Below are positions 26,226-37,247 of a DNA stretch of 64,000 nucleotides, piece after piece (within the stretch, counting starts at the first letter, position 1; every line of letters starts with the position of its first letter). Below the pieces are notes generated by a model that saw nothing but the letters and a program-made list of their open reading frames with translations, did no database searches and was not told the origin of the DNA. Source of the DNA: Gammaproteobacteria bacterium (GTDB lineage: Bacteria; Pseudomonadota; Gammaproteobacteria; UBA4575); contig OZ242174.1 in the NCBI GenBank assembly GCA_965205685.1, forward strand, positions 285,231-349,230, in the 5' to 3' direction. The translations under genes and the position numbers were made by a program.

Positions 26226-29200
26226 TCAGAACTGCATTCTGGACCACAGTCCGATGCCGTAGCCCGAGGCATCCGCGGTGTCGCCGAGACGCCCGCCTTC
26301 GAGGCTCAGGTGCAGCGAGCGCGCAACCTCGAGACTGCCCCCCAGGCGGATGTCCAGGCCGCCTTCGTCGATCAGCGAGATGTCGGCAAACGGCACCCAG
26401 AGCCCTCGCCCGCCGAGTGCCGGCAGGCCGTATTCAAGCTTGGCATTCAAACTCCCGGTCATCTGCGGGCGTACGCCCTGCTCTCCGGTGCCGGCATCCC
26501 ATGCCCAGAGCCTGTCCAGGGAACTAGACGGCAGGCCCCAGCGCGGCGAGAGGCTGAATGCGAGGCCGTGGCGCCCGGGCGTGGGATCGACCCGGACCTC
26601 GCCCATGAGGCCCCACTCGTCGTAATCATCGTCGTGGTCGATCAGAACACGGGCCCTGCCTTCCATGGCGAGGCGCCGATTCGGATCGCTGTAGCGCACC
26701 CCGGTGCCGAGCTCGATGCCGGAGCCGGTGAGCGCGTCGCCGCGGTCATGGCGAAAGCCCACTTCAAGCGAAGGGATCAGCAGCCGGCCGTCGCTTTTCT
26801 CCAGCACGTGGCTGCCCTCCAGTGCCAGGCGCGCGCGCCTGAAGCCGGCATTCAGGGAAGCGATCTCCTCGCCGCCGCGGGCGCGGATCTTCGTGGCATT
26901 GCCCTCGCCCTTGAGGCGCAGGGTGGAGACCCCGGGGGCGTACAGGTCCTGCATCGAAACCAGCCGGGTGCTGAAGCCGAGCGTCGCGCTCATCATCTGG
27001 GTGTCACTGGAATCCCTCCAGTCCTCGGCATCGATGCGCACTTCGCCCTCGCCGTAGCCCACGGTGGACCAGATGTGCATGTGGTTGTCCGGCGAGGACC
27101 AGCTGAGGTACGGGTGCAGGCTGGTCAGCTCGGCATCGTAATCGCCTTGTACGGCATCCTCGCGGTCATCGAAATCAAAGTCGCCGTCCGAGCGCGACAG
27201 CGCAATGCCGGCCAGCAGGTTGGGCCGCAGCCACGCATCGAGCCCCATGTGGGCGTTGGTCAGGTCGCCGTCCCAGATCACCGGGCGGTCGCGCCCGCCG
27301 CCGATGTCACGGTAGTCGCCGCGCACCCACAGCGAGGCCGCCTCCCAGGGTCCGCTGTCGGCACCGAGCGGCAGCACGAAGGATTTTCCGTCCAGCAGGT
27401 ACTTGAGGTCCACGGACTCGCCGGGCTGCAAATGGGGAATGGAGATCAGGATTTCCTCGATCGAGGTCACATCCTCTTCTGCCTCGGGCTCCTGCGTCTT
27501 GCCCACGCCCCCGGGTGCGGCCATCTCCATGCGCCCGGAGATGGCAGACAGCGTGCTCGACATCATGGCCTGGGTGATGCGCGGCAGCAGCTCGTCATTG
27601 ACCCGCGTGCGCGATCCGGTCGGCTCATCGTCGTCACGCACAACCACGGCCGCGGCGCCCGGCTCGCCGATCGTGTAGGTGGTGGCAGCCCGCAGGCGTG
27701 CCGTGACCACACTGTCCGGCTCGTTGCGCCGGTCTGCGACCGTCGGCACCGACAGCAGGGCGAGCATCTTGCCGGCATCGAAGGATACGTGCGTGGGCGG
27801 GTGTCTCCGCAGCATCCTGCCGGACTCGCTCACCGCGACCTCGACCTTCAGGGCGGTCTCTCTTGGCCCGGTTCTTCGCAGCGTGAAGGCCACCTCCGTG
27901 CCCTCGATCACCGGAGAGGGCCCGGCCAGGATCACAACTTCGGGCAGTACCTTGGCCGGCACATCGGTGGGCGCCTCCCCAGGCCCGCCCTGCGGGTTGC
28001 GCGGATTGATCGTGTTGCCGTTGCTCGTGCCGTCATCATCGCGCACGTCGATCGTCGCGGCAGAAGGCGTACCCACGGTGTAGGCGCTGTCCAAGACCAC
28101 CGTCACCGTAATGCGGCTGTCGGGCTCGTCCACGTCGTCTGCCACGGTATCCAGGGTCAGCTGGATCTGGCTGTCACCGATGCCGAACGTTTCCGTGCTC
28201 GTGCCGTCCTGCGCGGTCATCTCTCCGGTCTCCTGCACGCTCACCATCACACCCAGGGCCGCCGTGGTGTCCCCGGTTCGCGAAAGGGTCAGGGTCGCGC
28301 TTTGGCCTTCTGTCAGGCTCGTTCGATCCGAACGGATGGTCACCACCGGGAGCCCCGGGGTCGTGTCGTCGTCCTCGACGATGACCGAGGCGGTGGAAGG
28401 CGATCCAATCGTGTAGGTTCTGGCACCCCCGGGCCGAATCGTCGCCGTGATCGAGCTGTTGTTTTCATCCACATCGTCGTCACTGATCGGCACCTCGAGC
28501 AGGGTCATGGCGTGATTGGCCGGGAAGGTCACGGTCGTTGGGGGTGTGTAGTTCGAATCCACCATGTCTCCGGACTCCTGCACCTGTACATTGATCACCA
28601 GCTCGCCGTCGATCAGCCCGACGCGCTTGAAGGTGAAGGTTGCGGGTCCGTTCGCCTCGCCGATCGGCGTGGGCCCGGCGACCACGCTCACGCTCGGCCA
28701 GTTGTTGTCCTCGACGGTGACCGAGGCCGAGCCCGGGCTGCCAATCGTGTAGGCGGAGTTCGCGACAAGGGTCGCGGTGACCAGGCTGTCAAGCTCATCG
28801 AGCTCGTCGTCGTCGGTTTGCAGGAAGAGCGGGGCGGTATCATTGCCGGAGGTAAAGGTTACGGTGTGTGACCTCTGCAAGGAGGTCGGGATCATGTCCT
28901 CGCTTTCGGTCACGTGCACGGTGACGGTCAGGCTGGTGGCCGTGTCGCCGGTTCGGGTCAGGGTGAAGTCGGCGGTCTCGCCCTCCTCCACGGTCGAGGC
29001 GTCCGCCGCGATCGTGACTGTCGGCAACTCCACGGTGTTTTCCACGTTTTCTTCCACGCCGTCTGTCTCCGTGCCCTTCGTGTCCGAGCCTTGCTCACTC
29101 ACCAGATTCAGTACCGGGGTGGTGATGACGTTCAGCCCGCGCGGAGTATCGCAGCCCTGCGAATAGTCGGCCACGCCGTCCGAGTCCCAGGAAAAAGTCA

Positions 29201-29684
29201 CTACATCGCCGGGTGCGATCGGCACCAGCATGTCGAATCCGAAGCTGGACGACACATATGCCGTTTCCGAATCGACGTCGGCGCGCGTGCCGTCGGCCTT
29301 GTAGCGGTCGTATCCGTAGCCGCCGCTGGGGCAGTAGGTGTTGCCATTGACGTGCACCTTGATGATGAAGCGGAATGGGGACCCGTGGTAGCCCAGCAGA
29401 TCACTGAACTCCGAATTGCGCAGGCAAGCATTGATCCGGGCCCGGGGGCTCCGCCCCTCCTGGAAGTTCGCGTTGTCGACCACCGCCCAGCTGTCCGTAT
29501 CGGAATTCGGCAACGCGTCCCATTCGGTATGCAGCCTGGTGTTCTTGCACAGGTCGCCGGCCTGGGCTTGCGGGCCCAGAAAGACCAGGACCGCCAGCAC
29601 GAACGCCAGGGACTGCAGGAATCGGGCGAGGGGGTAAGGGCAGGCGATCAAGTCGGCGCCTTGGTCCGGACCGTGCCGGTGCAT
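26226..29684 (-). CDS. autotransporter with Calx-beta repeat passenger
   Basis: At least five ~100-aa repeats fit the Calx-beta pattern (…EGETADFTLTRTGDT…LTVTVHV…). The C-terminal beta-barrel ends …GIGLWSRMQF. Confidence 0.65.
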   Translation of the reverse strand: MHRHGPDQGADLIACPYPLARFLQSLAFVLAVLVFLGPQAQAGDLCKNTRLHTEWDALPNSDTDSWAVVDNANFQEGRSPRARINACLRNSEFSDLLGYHGSPFRFIIKVHVNGNTYCPSGGYGYDRYKADGTRADVDSETAYVSSSFGFDMLVPIAPGDVVTFSWDSDGVADYSQGCDTPRGLNVITTPVLNLVSEQGSDTKGTETDGVEENVENTVELPTVTIAADASTVEEGETADFTLTRTGDTATSLTVTVHVTESEDMIPTSLQRSHTVTFTSGNDTAPLFLQTDDDELDELDSLVTATLVANSAYTIGSPGSASVTVEDNNWPSVSVVAGPTPIGEANGPATFTFKRVGLIDGELVINVQVQESGDMVDSNYTPPTTVTFPANHAMTLLEVPISDDDVDENNSSITATIRPGGARTYTIGSPSTASVIVEDDDTTPGLPVVTIRSDRTSLTEGQSATLTLSRTGDTTAALGVMVSVQETGEMTAQDGTSTETFGIGDSQIQLTLDTVADDVDEPDSRITVTVVLDSAYTVGTPSAATIDVRDDDGTSNGNTINPRNPQGGPGEAPTDVPAKVLPEVVILAGPSPVIEGTEVAFTLRRTGPRETALKVEVAVSESGRMLRRHPPTHVSFDAGKMLALLSVPTVADRRNEPDSVVTARLRAATTYTIGEPGAAAVVVRDDDEPTGSRTRVNDELLPRITQAMMSSTLSAISGRMEMAAPGGVGKTQEPEAEEDVTSIEEILISIPHLQPGESVDLKYLLDGKSFVLPLGADSGPWEAASLWVRGDYRDIGGGRDRPVIWDGDLTNAHMGLDAWLRPNLLAGIALSRSDGDFDFDDREDAVQGDYDAELTSLHPYLSWSSPDNHMHIWSTVGYGEGEVRIDAEDWRDSSDTQMMSATLGFSTRLVSMQDLYAPGVSTLRLKGEGNATKIRARGGEEIASLNAGFRRARLALEGSHVLEKSDGRLLIPSLEVGFRHDRGDALTGSGIELGTGVRYSDPNRRLAMEGRARVLIDHDDDYDEWGLMGEVRVDPTPGRHGLAFSLSPRWGLPSSSLDRLWAWDAGTGEQGVRPQMTGSLNAKLEYGLPALGGRGLWVPFADISLIDEGGLDIRLGGSLEVARSLHLSLEGGRLGDTADASGYGIGLWSRMQF

Positions 29685-30078
29685 GGTGGAACAGTCGCAA
29701 TGTCCTTGTGCAAGTGCCTGGGCCTCCGTGGCGCGGGTCCTGTGTTAGTGCGGCTACATGGTTTCATCATGTAACTGGATGATGAAATCATGAAAATCGC
29801 AGGAATTATATACAATTCCACTACATATAGTATATAGGTAGAAATAGAATAACAATATGTGCGTATCTTCGGTATTTACCTGATTCCGCATAGGAATCCT
29901 GGGGATGAATTCGACGAAACGGGAATGGTTTTGACTGCAGGAAATGCGAGTCGGCACGTGCGAATTTGACATGCACGGATGCGGGTTTCATAGTGCAAGA
30001 AACACTGCCCAGGCCCGGTGGTACGTGGGACACCGGCCATCGAGGCACGTGCGTGAGATCGAATTGCGAGGAGGAAGC

Positions 30079-32598
30079 ATGACGGCCGACAACCCCCCTG
30101 GAATTTCGCGGAGCCTCTGTCGAAATCGGTGCACCTGCAGTCCGGTTGCCACGCTGCTGGTCGCACTGGTGCTGGCTTGTGTGGCCTTGCCGGCCCACAG
30201 CCAGAGTCCGGTGCAGACGCTGAAACCTGTTGCGGTCATTGACCGCATGGCGATCGAGCTGTCGGGCATGACGACCCTGTCGCAGCTTCTTTCAAGCCGC
30301 TCGGCGTTCAACGTGTTCGGAATCAACGGCCTGGCTGCGGCGATCGGCGGCTCCTACTGGGTAGACGGGCGCCCGGTCACGGGACTCGACTTCGGGACCT
30401 TTCCGCTCTCGAGCGTGGAGCGCATCGAACTGATCGAGGAAGGTGCGACCCGTTTTCGCGGGCATATCGGCGATGGCACCATCAACATCGTGCGCCGTCG
30501 CGACTTCCAGGGCACCGAGGTTTCGGCCGGTCTCGGCCGCCCGGATCAGCCCGGCATTGACTCCAATGCCGGCAGCGCCCTGTGGGGTGGGCCCTTGGGC
30601 GGTGGCCATGTCCTGGCCGGAATCGACCATGTGTTCAGCGAGGAGGTGAAAGATTCCCAACGCAGCTACACCCGCACCCGGTTCACCGATTCCCTGGCCG
30701 GTGCCAGGAGTGTGTCGATTGCCGGCAACACGCTGCTTGTCGGCAATGACAGCTATGTCCTCGGCGCCTGCGATCCCCAGGTCTACACCGGCCCTCTCGA
30801 GGGCAGTTCCGGGGAGGTCTGCGGATACCCGTACGGCAATGTCGCGTGGTTCGCCGATTATCCCAGAAGCCAGCGAGAGAGCGTGTTTCTGCATGCCGAC
30901 CATCCCATTGGGGAGCGCGCGGAGGTCTATCTGGATGTGCTCGCTGCCCAGACGCGTACCCGCTACACATGGGCGCCGCCGCCTGGCACCTTTACCTTCG
31001 ATGTCTCACAGGCCAGTTCCGTCCGGGATGCGCTGGAGGCCGCAGTCCCGGGCCTTGTGATTCCTGCGGACGGCAGCGTGACGGTTGCCCACCGCTTCGT
31101 GGGCCACGGCACACGGAACTGGCGCTGGGACTGGGATGATCGCAATATCGTTGCCGGAATTCGCGGAGAGTTGGCCTCGGGCCTGGGCTATGACGCACAC
31201 ATCCGGCATTACCGCGAACGCGGCATCGAAGACGGCAAGACGTTCGTCAGCGAAGAACTGGTGACCGCCGAGATCCTGAGCGGGAACTACGACATCGTGA
31301 ATCCACTCTCGACGGAACCGGCACACCTGGCCGCCATCCACAGGACCTCACTGCACAGCCGTCAGAACCAGGACCAGGAGATCACGGTCGTGCACGTTGC
31401 ACTCGATGGATCCGCCCTGGCACTGCCCGGCGGCCCCATCCGCTGGACGACCGCATTCGAGTTCGAAGACTACTCGTTTCAGGATGTGGTCCATCACCGG
31501 GATTTCGAAAACCGGGAGTACGATGTCACGAAGATCCTCGGCAGCGGCGGCTCACTGGTTGATGCGGACCGTCACGTGATGTCGGCCGAGGCGGCGGCAA
31601 GCCTGCCCGTGCTCCCGGACTGGGAGCTGGTACTGACGGGGCAGCTTCGGGACTATGACGATGTCGGTGGGACACCGGCCTGGCGGGTGTCCAGTTATTA
31701 CCGGGTGAACGATGCATTCAGATTTCGCCTGCATTCCGATTACACGGAGTTCTCACCCGGCATCCGGGATCTGTACGAGTCCGACAGAAACGTTTTTCCG
31801 TACGTGCGCGACTGCAAGGCCTACCTTGACGCTCCGCAGGCATGTGTCGATCACGCGCCCGTGCTTCAGATCAAGACCGAGGATGTCGGGAACCCGAACC
31901 TCGTACCGGCCAAGGCCAAATCGGTCGGTATCGGTGCCACCTTGCGGTTCGCATCGATGTTTCTTACGGCTGATTGGTATCGACAAAAAGTCTGGAACCA
32001 GGCATCCCGACCGAGCCCCCAGCTTCTCGTGAACCTGGAAAACCGTGGCCAGGACTTGCCGGAGGGTGCGCAAGTCTTGCGTGTCGGGGGCAGCGAGACC
32101 GGAACGATCGAAAAGATCGTACGCCCGTTGATGAATGACAGGGACAATGACAGCCGCACGGAAGGCCTGGCCTTGCGCGCCGGTGCGGCCTGGGAGACCG
32201 CCTGGGCCTTGCTGGACCTGGATATCAACTACCTGCGTACCATCGACAGCCAGTCGCGGGTGCAAGGCGTGAAGCTGCCAGGCGATTATCCACGCCACCG
32301 CGCCCATGCCGTGCTGCGGGCCAGCCGGGGGGACCTGACGGCCAGCTGGAATGTGCATAGGATCTCCAGCTATTACAATCCCACAGGCACGGGCCGCTGG
32401 GACAGCTGGACGGGCCATGACCTGGCGCTGCAGTGGCAGGGCGCCTACGGTCTGCAAGGACTCAGGCTCAGTGCCGGGGCACTCAATGTCGACGATCGCA
32501 AGCCGGCCCTGAACCCGGCGAACCCGGACAACCCGGCGTTGAGCTACGATTCCGTCAGGGGCCGCACCTACTTTATCAATGCCAGCCTCGGCTGGTAA
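30079..32598 (+). CDS. TonB-dependent outer-membrane receptor
   Basis: Signal peptide LLVALVLACVALPAHSQ. Plug-domain motifs are present and the C-terminus …YFINASLGW is aromatic. GAGGAGGAAG lies upstream of the internal ATG chosen as start. Confidence 0.8.
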   Translation: MTADNPPGISRSLCRNRCTCSPVATLLVALVLACVALPAHSQSPVQTLKPVAVIDRMAIELSGMTTLSQLLSSRSAFNVFGINGLAAAIGGSYWVDGRPVTGLDFGTFPLSSVERIELIEEGATRFRGHIGDGTINIVRRRDFQGTEVSAGLGRPDQPGIDSNAGSALWGGPLGGGHVLAGIDHVFSEEVKDSQRSYTRTRFTDSLAGARSVSIAGNTLLVGNDSYVLGACDPQVYTGPLEGSSGEVCGYPYGNVAWFADYPRSQRESVFLHADHPIGERAEVYLDVLAAQTRTRYTWAPPPGTFTFDVSQASSVRDALEAAVPGLVIPADGSVTVAHRFVGHGTRNWRWDWDDRNIVAGIRGELASGLGYDAHIRHYRERGIEDGKTFVSEELVTAEILSGNYDIVNPLSTEPAHLAAIHRTSLHSRQNQDQEITVVHVALDGSALALPGGPIRWTTAFEFEDYSFQDVVHHRDFENREYDVTKILGSGGSLVDADRHVMSAEAAASLPVLPDWELVLTGQLRDYDDVGGTPAWRVSSYYRVNDAFRFRLHSDYTEFSPGIRDLYESDRNVFPYVRDCKAYLDAPQACVDHAPVLQIKTEDVGNPNLVPAKAKSVGIGATLRFASMFLTADWYRQKVWNQASRPSPQLLVNLENRGQDLPEGAQVLRVGGSETGTIEKIVRPLMNDRDNDSRTEGLALRAGAAWETAWALLDLDINYLRTIDSQSRVQGVKLPGDYPRHRAHAVLRASRGDLTASWNVHRISSYYNPTGTGRWDSWTGHDLALQWQGAYGLQGLRLSAGALNVDDRKPALNPANPDNPALSYDSVRGRTYFINASLGW

Positions 32599-32651
32599 GG
32601 CGCGCCAGGAATTCAGGCATGGGCCCCGCGCCTTGAGTCGGGAAGTTTGGG

Positions 32652-33431
32652 CTAGGTATGGTCGAGAATCTGGCTTAGAAACAGCTTGGTCCGGTCGTGC
32701 TGCGGGTTGTCGAAGAATTCCTGCGGGCTGTTCTGCTCGATGATCTCCCCGCCGTCCATGAAGATCACGCGGTCGGCCACGGTTTTCGCAAAGCCCATCT
32801 CGTGGGTCACGCACAGCATGGTGATGCCTTCGCCTGCGAGCTCGACCATGACGTCCAGCACCTCCTTGATCATCTCCGGGTCCAGTGCCGAGGTGGGCTC
32901 ATCGAACAGCATGATCCGCGGGCGCTTGCACAGGCTTCTCGCGATGGCCACGCGCTGCTGCTGACCGCCTGAGAGCTGCCCGGGGTACTTGTGCGCCTGC
33001 TCCGGAATCTTGACCCGCTCCAGGTACTTCATGGCGATTTCCTCGGCCTCGGCCTTGGGCATCTTCTTGACCCAGATCGGGGCCAGCGTGCAGTTCTCGA
33101 GCACGGTCAGGTGCGGGAACAGGTTGAAGTGCTGGAACACCATGCCGACTTCGCTCCTGACCTTGTCGATGTGCTTGAGGTCGTTGGTCAGTTCCGTGCC
33201 GTCGACGATGATGTCGCCCTCCTGGTGTTCCTCGAGGCGGTTGATGCAGCGGATCAGCGTCGACTTGCCGGAGCCGGACGGCCCGCAGATGACGATCTTC
33301 TCGCCGCGGGTCACGTTCAGGTTCAGGTTCTTGAGCACATGGAACGGGCCGAACCACTTGTGCACGTTGCGCATGACCACGGCGTACTCGCTGTCTTCGC
33401 GCGGGTGGGAATCGTTCGGGTTTTCGCTCAT
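32652..33431 (-). CDS. aapP: polar amino-acid ABC transporter ATP-binding protein
   Basis: Walker [10 protein letters not shown], signature [13 protein letters not shown], Walker [12 protein letters not shown]. Operon context with two permeases and a substrate-binding protein. Confidence 0.9.
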   Translation of the reverse strand: MSENPNDSHPREDSEYAVVMRNVHKWFGPFHVLKNLNLNVTRGEKIVICGPSGSGKSTLIRCINRLEEHQEGDIIVDGTELTNDLKHIDKVRSEVGMVFQHFNLFPHLTVLENCTLAPIWVKKMPKAEAEEIAMKYLERVKIPEQAHKYPGQLSGGQQQRVAIARSLCKRPRIMLFDEPTSALDPEMIKEVLDVMVELAGEGITMLCVTHEMGFAKTVADRVIFMDGGEIIEQNSPQEFFDNPQHDRTKLFLSQILDHT

Positions 33432-33452
33432 GCGGGTTCCTTGGTGTCCGGA

Positions 33453-34562
33453 TCAGTGATCATGCTCGGTCTGGAGCTTTTTTTCCAGATACAGCGAGTA
33501 GCGCGACATGGAAAAGCAGGAAATGAAGAAGAAGATGGCGACGAACAGGTAGACCTCGTTGTGGAGTCCGGTCCACTTGGTGTCGGCGAGCGAGGAGCGC
33601 CCGATGCCGAGCGGGTCCAGCAGGCCGATGATGATCACCAGGGTGGTGTCCTTGTACAGGCCGATGAAGGTGTTGACGATGCCCGGGATGGAGATCTTCA
33701 GGGCCTGGGGCAGCACCACCAGGCGCATCGACTGCCAGTATTTCATGCCGATCGCCTCGGCCGCCTCGACCTGGCCCTTGGGGATGGCCTGCAGGCCGCC
33801 GCGGATGACCTCGGCCATGTAGGCCGAGGCGAACAGCGTGACCATGATCAGCACGCGCAGCAGCAGGTCGAACACCGTGCCCTTGGGCAGGAAGTAGTTG
33901 AGCATGGTCGAGGCCACGAACAGCAGCGTGATCAGCGGCACACCGCGGATGAACTCGATGAAGCCCACGCATACCAGGCGAATGACGGGCAGCGAGGACT
34001 GGCGACCCATCGCCAGCAGGATGCCGATCGGCAAAGAGAACGCGATGCCGGTCACGCCGATCACCAAGGTCAGCATGAAGCCGCCGAACTGGTCGGTGTC
34101 GACCGGCGCGAGCCCCCAGCCGCCGAGCAGCAGCCAGCCCGCAATCAGCGGGAAGACCATGGAATAGTAGAGTCCGTACTTTCGAAGGGGCAGGCGGTCA
34201 TAGAGCACCGGCACCAGCGCCAGCAACAGCAAAACGAAAGCGAGGTTCACGCGCCAGCGCTCCTCGGCCGGGTAAAAGCCGTAGGTGAACAGGCGAAAGC
34301 GCTCGGCGATGAATGCCCAGCAGGCGCCGCCGGCCTGGGCCCGGCAGGCATCTCTGTTCTCGCCGCTGAAGGCCGCATCGAAGAGCATCCAGTTCAGCAT
34401 GGGCGGTACCAGCTCGAAGAGCAGCCAGACCGAGACCAGGGTCATGACGACGTTGGTGGGCGAGGAGAACAGGTTGTTGCGCACCCAGGCAAGTGGCCCT
34501 GTGACGCTTGCAGGCGGTGGCAGGTCAGGGTGTTCGCCGATCTTGTAGGAGAGGGGTTTCAT
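33453..34562 (-). CDS. aapM: general L-amino-acid ABC transporter permease
   Basis: Polytopic membrane protein with a HisM/GlnP-like EAA loop region (…AEVIRGGLQAIPKGQVEAAEAIG…). Confidence 0.8.
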   Translation of the reverse strand: MKPLSYKIGEHPDLPPPASVTGPLAWVRNNLFSSPTNVVMTLVSVWLLFELVPPMLNWMLFDAAFSGENRDACRAQAGGACWAFIAERFRLFTYGFYPAEERWRVNLAFVLLLLALVPVLYDRLPLRKYGLYYSMVFPLIAGWLLLGGWGLAPVDTDQFGGFMLTLVIGVTGIAFSLPIGILLAMGRQSSLPVIRLVCVGFIEFIRGVPLITLLFVASTMLNYFLPKGTVFDLLLRVLIMVTLFASAYMAEVIRGGLQAIPKGQVEAAEAIGMKYWQSMRLVVLPQALKISIPGIVNTFIGLYKDTTLVIIIGLLDPLGIGRSSLADTKWTGLHNEVYLFVAIFFFISCFSMSRYSLYLEKKLQTEHDH

Positions 34563-34566
34563 TGCG

Positions 34567-35754
34567 TCAGCGCTCCACCAGCTTGATGCGCTTGTTGTAC
34601 CAGTTCATGACCGCCGAGATAGCCAGCGAAAGCAGCAGGTACAGCAGCAGCACGATGAGCATGCATTCCATCTCCCGCCCGGTCTGGTTGAGCGAGATGC
34701 CGCCGATGGTCGCGACGATGTCCATGTAGCCGATGGCGATCGCCAGCGAGGAGTTCTTGGCCAGGTTCAGGTACTGGCTGGTGAGCGGCGGGATGATGGC
34801 CCGCAGCGCCTGCGGGATCACCACCAGGGTGAGGGTTCGCCCTCGTGAGATGCTGAGCGCGTAGGCCGCCTCGGTCTGGCCCCGGTTGACCGCCTGGATG
34901 CCGGCGCGCACGATCTCGCCGATGAAGGCTGCCGTGTACAGGGACAGCGCCAGCCACAGGGCGATGAACTCGGGACGCACCACCATGCCGCCTTCGAAAT
35001 TGAAGCGCTGCAGGCTTGGAACATCCCAGGCGATCGGGGCCCCGAGTGCGAGAAAGGCCAGCACCGGCGCACCCACGACCGCACCGAGCCCGACCCAGAA
35101 CACCGGGTATTGCGCCCCGGTGCGGTCCTGCTCGCGCTTGGCAAACCCCCTGAACCAGGCGAAGAAGGCGATGCCCGCGACAAACACTGCGATCACGCCC
35201 CAGAAGGCGGGCTCGTAGACGGGTTTCGGGACGAAGAAGCCGCGGTTGGTAAGAAAGGCGCCGTCGCCGACACTGATGGCCTGCTTGGGCACCGGCAGCG
35301 TGTTCACGATGATGCCGTGTACCAGCAGGATATGCAGCAGTACCGGCACGTTGCGCACGAACTCGATGTACATGTAGGCGAGCCGGTTGGTGATCCAGTT
35401 CTTCGACAGGCGCAGCACGCCGAGGATGAAGCCCACCACGGTCGACAGCGCGATGCCGCACACGGCCACCAGCAGGGTGTTGAGGATGCCGACCCACATG
35501 GCGGTGAAATGTGTCGACTTGCTGGAGTACTCGATCAGGTGCTGGTTGATGTCGTAGGCGGAGGTCTGGAACAGAAAATCGTAGCTGAAGCCCTTGCCGA
35601 GGGCCTCCAGGTTCACGTAAGCGTTGCGGATGATGTAGGCGAAGAAGGCGAAGAAGGCCAGCGTGGCGATGACCTGGACGACCAGCGAGCGCGTGTCCTT
35701 GTCGTTCCAGAGCCGGCTCAGGAAGTTGCCTTCAAAAGTGCTCAGTGCAGGCAT
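34567..35754 (-). CDS. aapQ: general L-amino-acid ABC transporter permease
   Basis: Polytopic membrane protein. EAA-like region GEIVRAGIQAVNRGQTEAAYALSISRGRT. Confidence 0.8.
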   Translation of the reverse strand: MPALSTFEGNFLSRLWNDKDTRSLVVQVIATLAFFAFFAYIIRNAYVNLEALGKGFSYDFLFQTSAYDINQHLIEYSSKSTHFTAMWVGILNTLLVAVCGIALSTVVGFILGVLRLSKNWITNRLAYMYIEFVRNVPVLLHILLVHGIIVNTLPVPKQAISVGDGAFLTNRGFFVPKPVYEPAFWGVIAVFVAGIAFFAWFRGFAKREQDRTGAQYPVFWVGLGAVVGAPVLAFLALGAPIAWDVPSLQRFNFEGGMVVRPEFIALWLALSLYTAAFIGEIVRAGIQAVNRGQTEAAYALSISRGRTLTLVVIPQALRAIIPPLTSQYLNLAKNSSLAIAIGYMDIVATIGGISLNQTGREMECMLIVLLLYLLLSLAISAVMNWYNKRIKLVER

Positions 35755-35917
35755 CGGGATGACGGGCGGATAGCATCGGTTGGGTCGTTTTGCATGAGCA
35801 TGGACCGCGCCTGCGGGCCTGTCAATAGGCCGCAGTCCTCAACCGTGTCCCGAATTGCGCGGGACGGGACGGGGCCCCGCCTCGCGGGACCCCGTCGGGT
35901 TCATCGTGCCGGTCCAG

Positions 35918-36937
35918 CTAGCGGATCGGCGCTGCGTACAGGATGCCGCCGCTCTTCCAGGACGCGTTCAGGCCACGCTCAAGCGCGAGCGGGGTGTCCG
36001 GACCGATGGTGGCATTGAAGATTTCCGCGTAGTTGCCGGCATTGTCGATTGCACGCACGGCCCACTGCGCATCCAGCCCGATGAAGGCGCCCATGTTGCC
36101 CTCGGTCCCGCACAGGCGGTTGATGCTCGGGTTGTCGCCGGCGGCTGCACAATGATCATGCAGGTTGGCCTTGGTGACACCAAGTTCCTCGGCGATGATC
36201 AGCGCGTTGACCACCCACTTGGCAATGTCCGTCCAGTTGTCATCGCCGTGGCGAACGGCTCCTGCGAGCGGTTCCTTGGAGATGATTTCCGGCAGGATGA
36301 TGTGTGCGGACGGATCCTTCAGGGCCGCACGGGTCGAGGCCAGCGCGGAGGCGTCCGTGGTGTAGGTATCACAGCGGTTCGACGTGTAGTTGGCGATACT
36401 TTCCTCGTTGGTCTCGGAGTTCACCGGCTCGTAGTCCATCTTGTTGGAACTGAAGAAGTCCGCCAGGTTCAGCTCGGTGGTGGTGCCGGTCTGGATACAC
36501 ACGGAAGCCCCGCTCAGGTCCATCGCCGAGGTGATGCCGGAGTCCTTGCGGATCAAAAAGCCCTGTCCGTCGTAGTAGTTGACGGGCAAGAACGTCAGTT
36601 TCAGGTCGGTGTCGCGGCTCATGGTCTCGGTGGTGTTGCGAAACAGGATGTCGCCCTCACCGGAGTTCAGCAGGGTGAAGCGTGTCTTGCCGGTGGATGG
36701 CACGAAGCGGACCTTCTCGCCATCGCCCAGCACCGCGGCAGCCACGGCCCGGCAGAACTCGACATCAAATCCTTCCCAGCGGCCGTTCTCATCCGGGGCC
36801 GCAAAACCGGCCAGCCCGGTGGTCACCACGCAGTTCAGCACGCCGCGGGCCTTGACCTCTTCCAGCGTGCTCGCCTGGGCAACCGCGGAGGCCAGCGCCA
36901 GGACCGCGCCGAGGATCATAAATCTAGTAATTTTCAT
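35918..36937 (-). CDS. aapJ: amino-acid ABC transporter periplasmic substrate-binding protein
   Basis: Start at internal Met MKITRFMILGAVLALASAVAQA (signal peptide) with an AGGAGA RBS. SBP family 3 features are present. Confidence 0.8.
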   Translation of the reverse strand: MKITRFMILGAVLALASAVAQASTLEEVKARGVLNCVVTTGLAGFAAPDENGRWEGFDVEFCRAVAAAVLGDGEKVRFVPSTGKTRFTLLNSGEGDILFRNTTETMSRDTDLKLTFLPVNYYDGQGFLIRKDSGITSAMDLSGASVCIQTGTTTELNLADFFSSNKMDYEPVNSETNEESIANYTSNRCDTYTTDASALASTRAALKDPSAHIILPEIISKEPLAGAVRHGDDNWTDIAKWVVNALIIAEELGVTKANLHDHCAAAGDNPSINRLCGTEGNMGAFIGLDAQWAVRAIDNAGNYAEIFNATIGPDTPLALERGLNASWKSGGILYAAPIR

Positions 36938-37247
36938 TCGGGAATCTCCTTGGGGTGTTCTCGTTCTTGTTAGCTGACGGGAATTATAACCCGGATTCGT
37001 GCCGATCATTAACCGCAAATGGGAGATTATGTGGCTTTCGGCCTGCATAAAGCCCGTGAATGTTTGCCACACAGCGCACACATTGACCCTGCCACAGGTA
37101 CAGGTATAATCCTGCCCGGACTGGGCCGACATTCCGGTGCCAGGTCCGTGGGTGAAGGCGGTCCACTGTCTTCAGTACGCGGTCCGGTCACGGAATACAA
37201 AATATGCTTGTCCACTCCGCGGCATTGGAGGCCGTATTCGCGGACAC

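Noticed and set aside
26220-28871. 883-aa plus-strand ORF
   Set aside because: It is antisense to the Calx-beta autotransporter. It has biased composition and no signal or domain features.
29700-29945. Possible Fur box in the AT-rich region upstream of the TonB-dependent receptor
   Set aside because: The best match (ATAGAATAACAATAT) fits the GATAATGATAATCATTATC consensus poorly. It was not called.
32991-34586. 531-aa plus-strand ORF and other ORFs opposite aapM, aapQ and aapJ
   Set aside because: They are antisense to ABC transporter genes with clear motifs. They are shadow ORFs.
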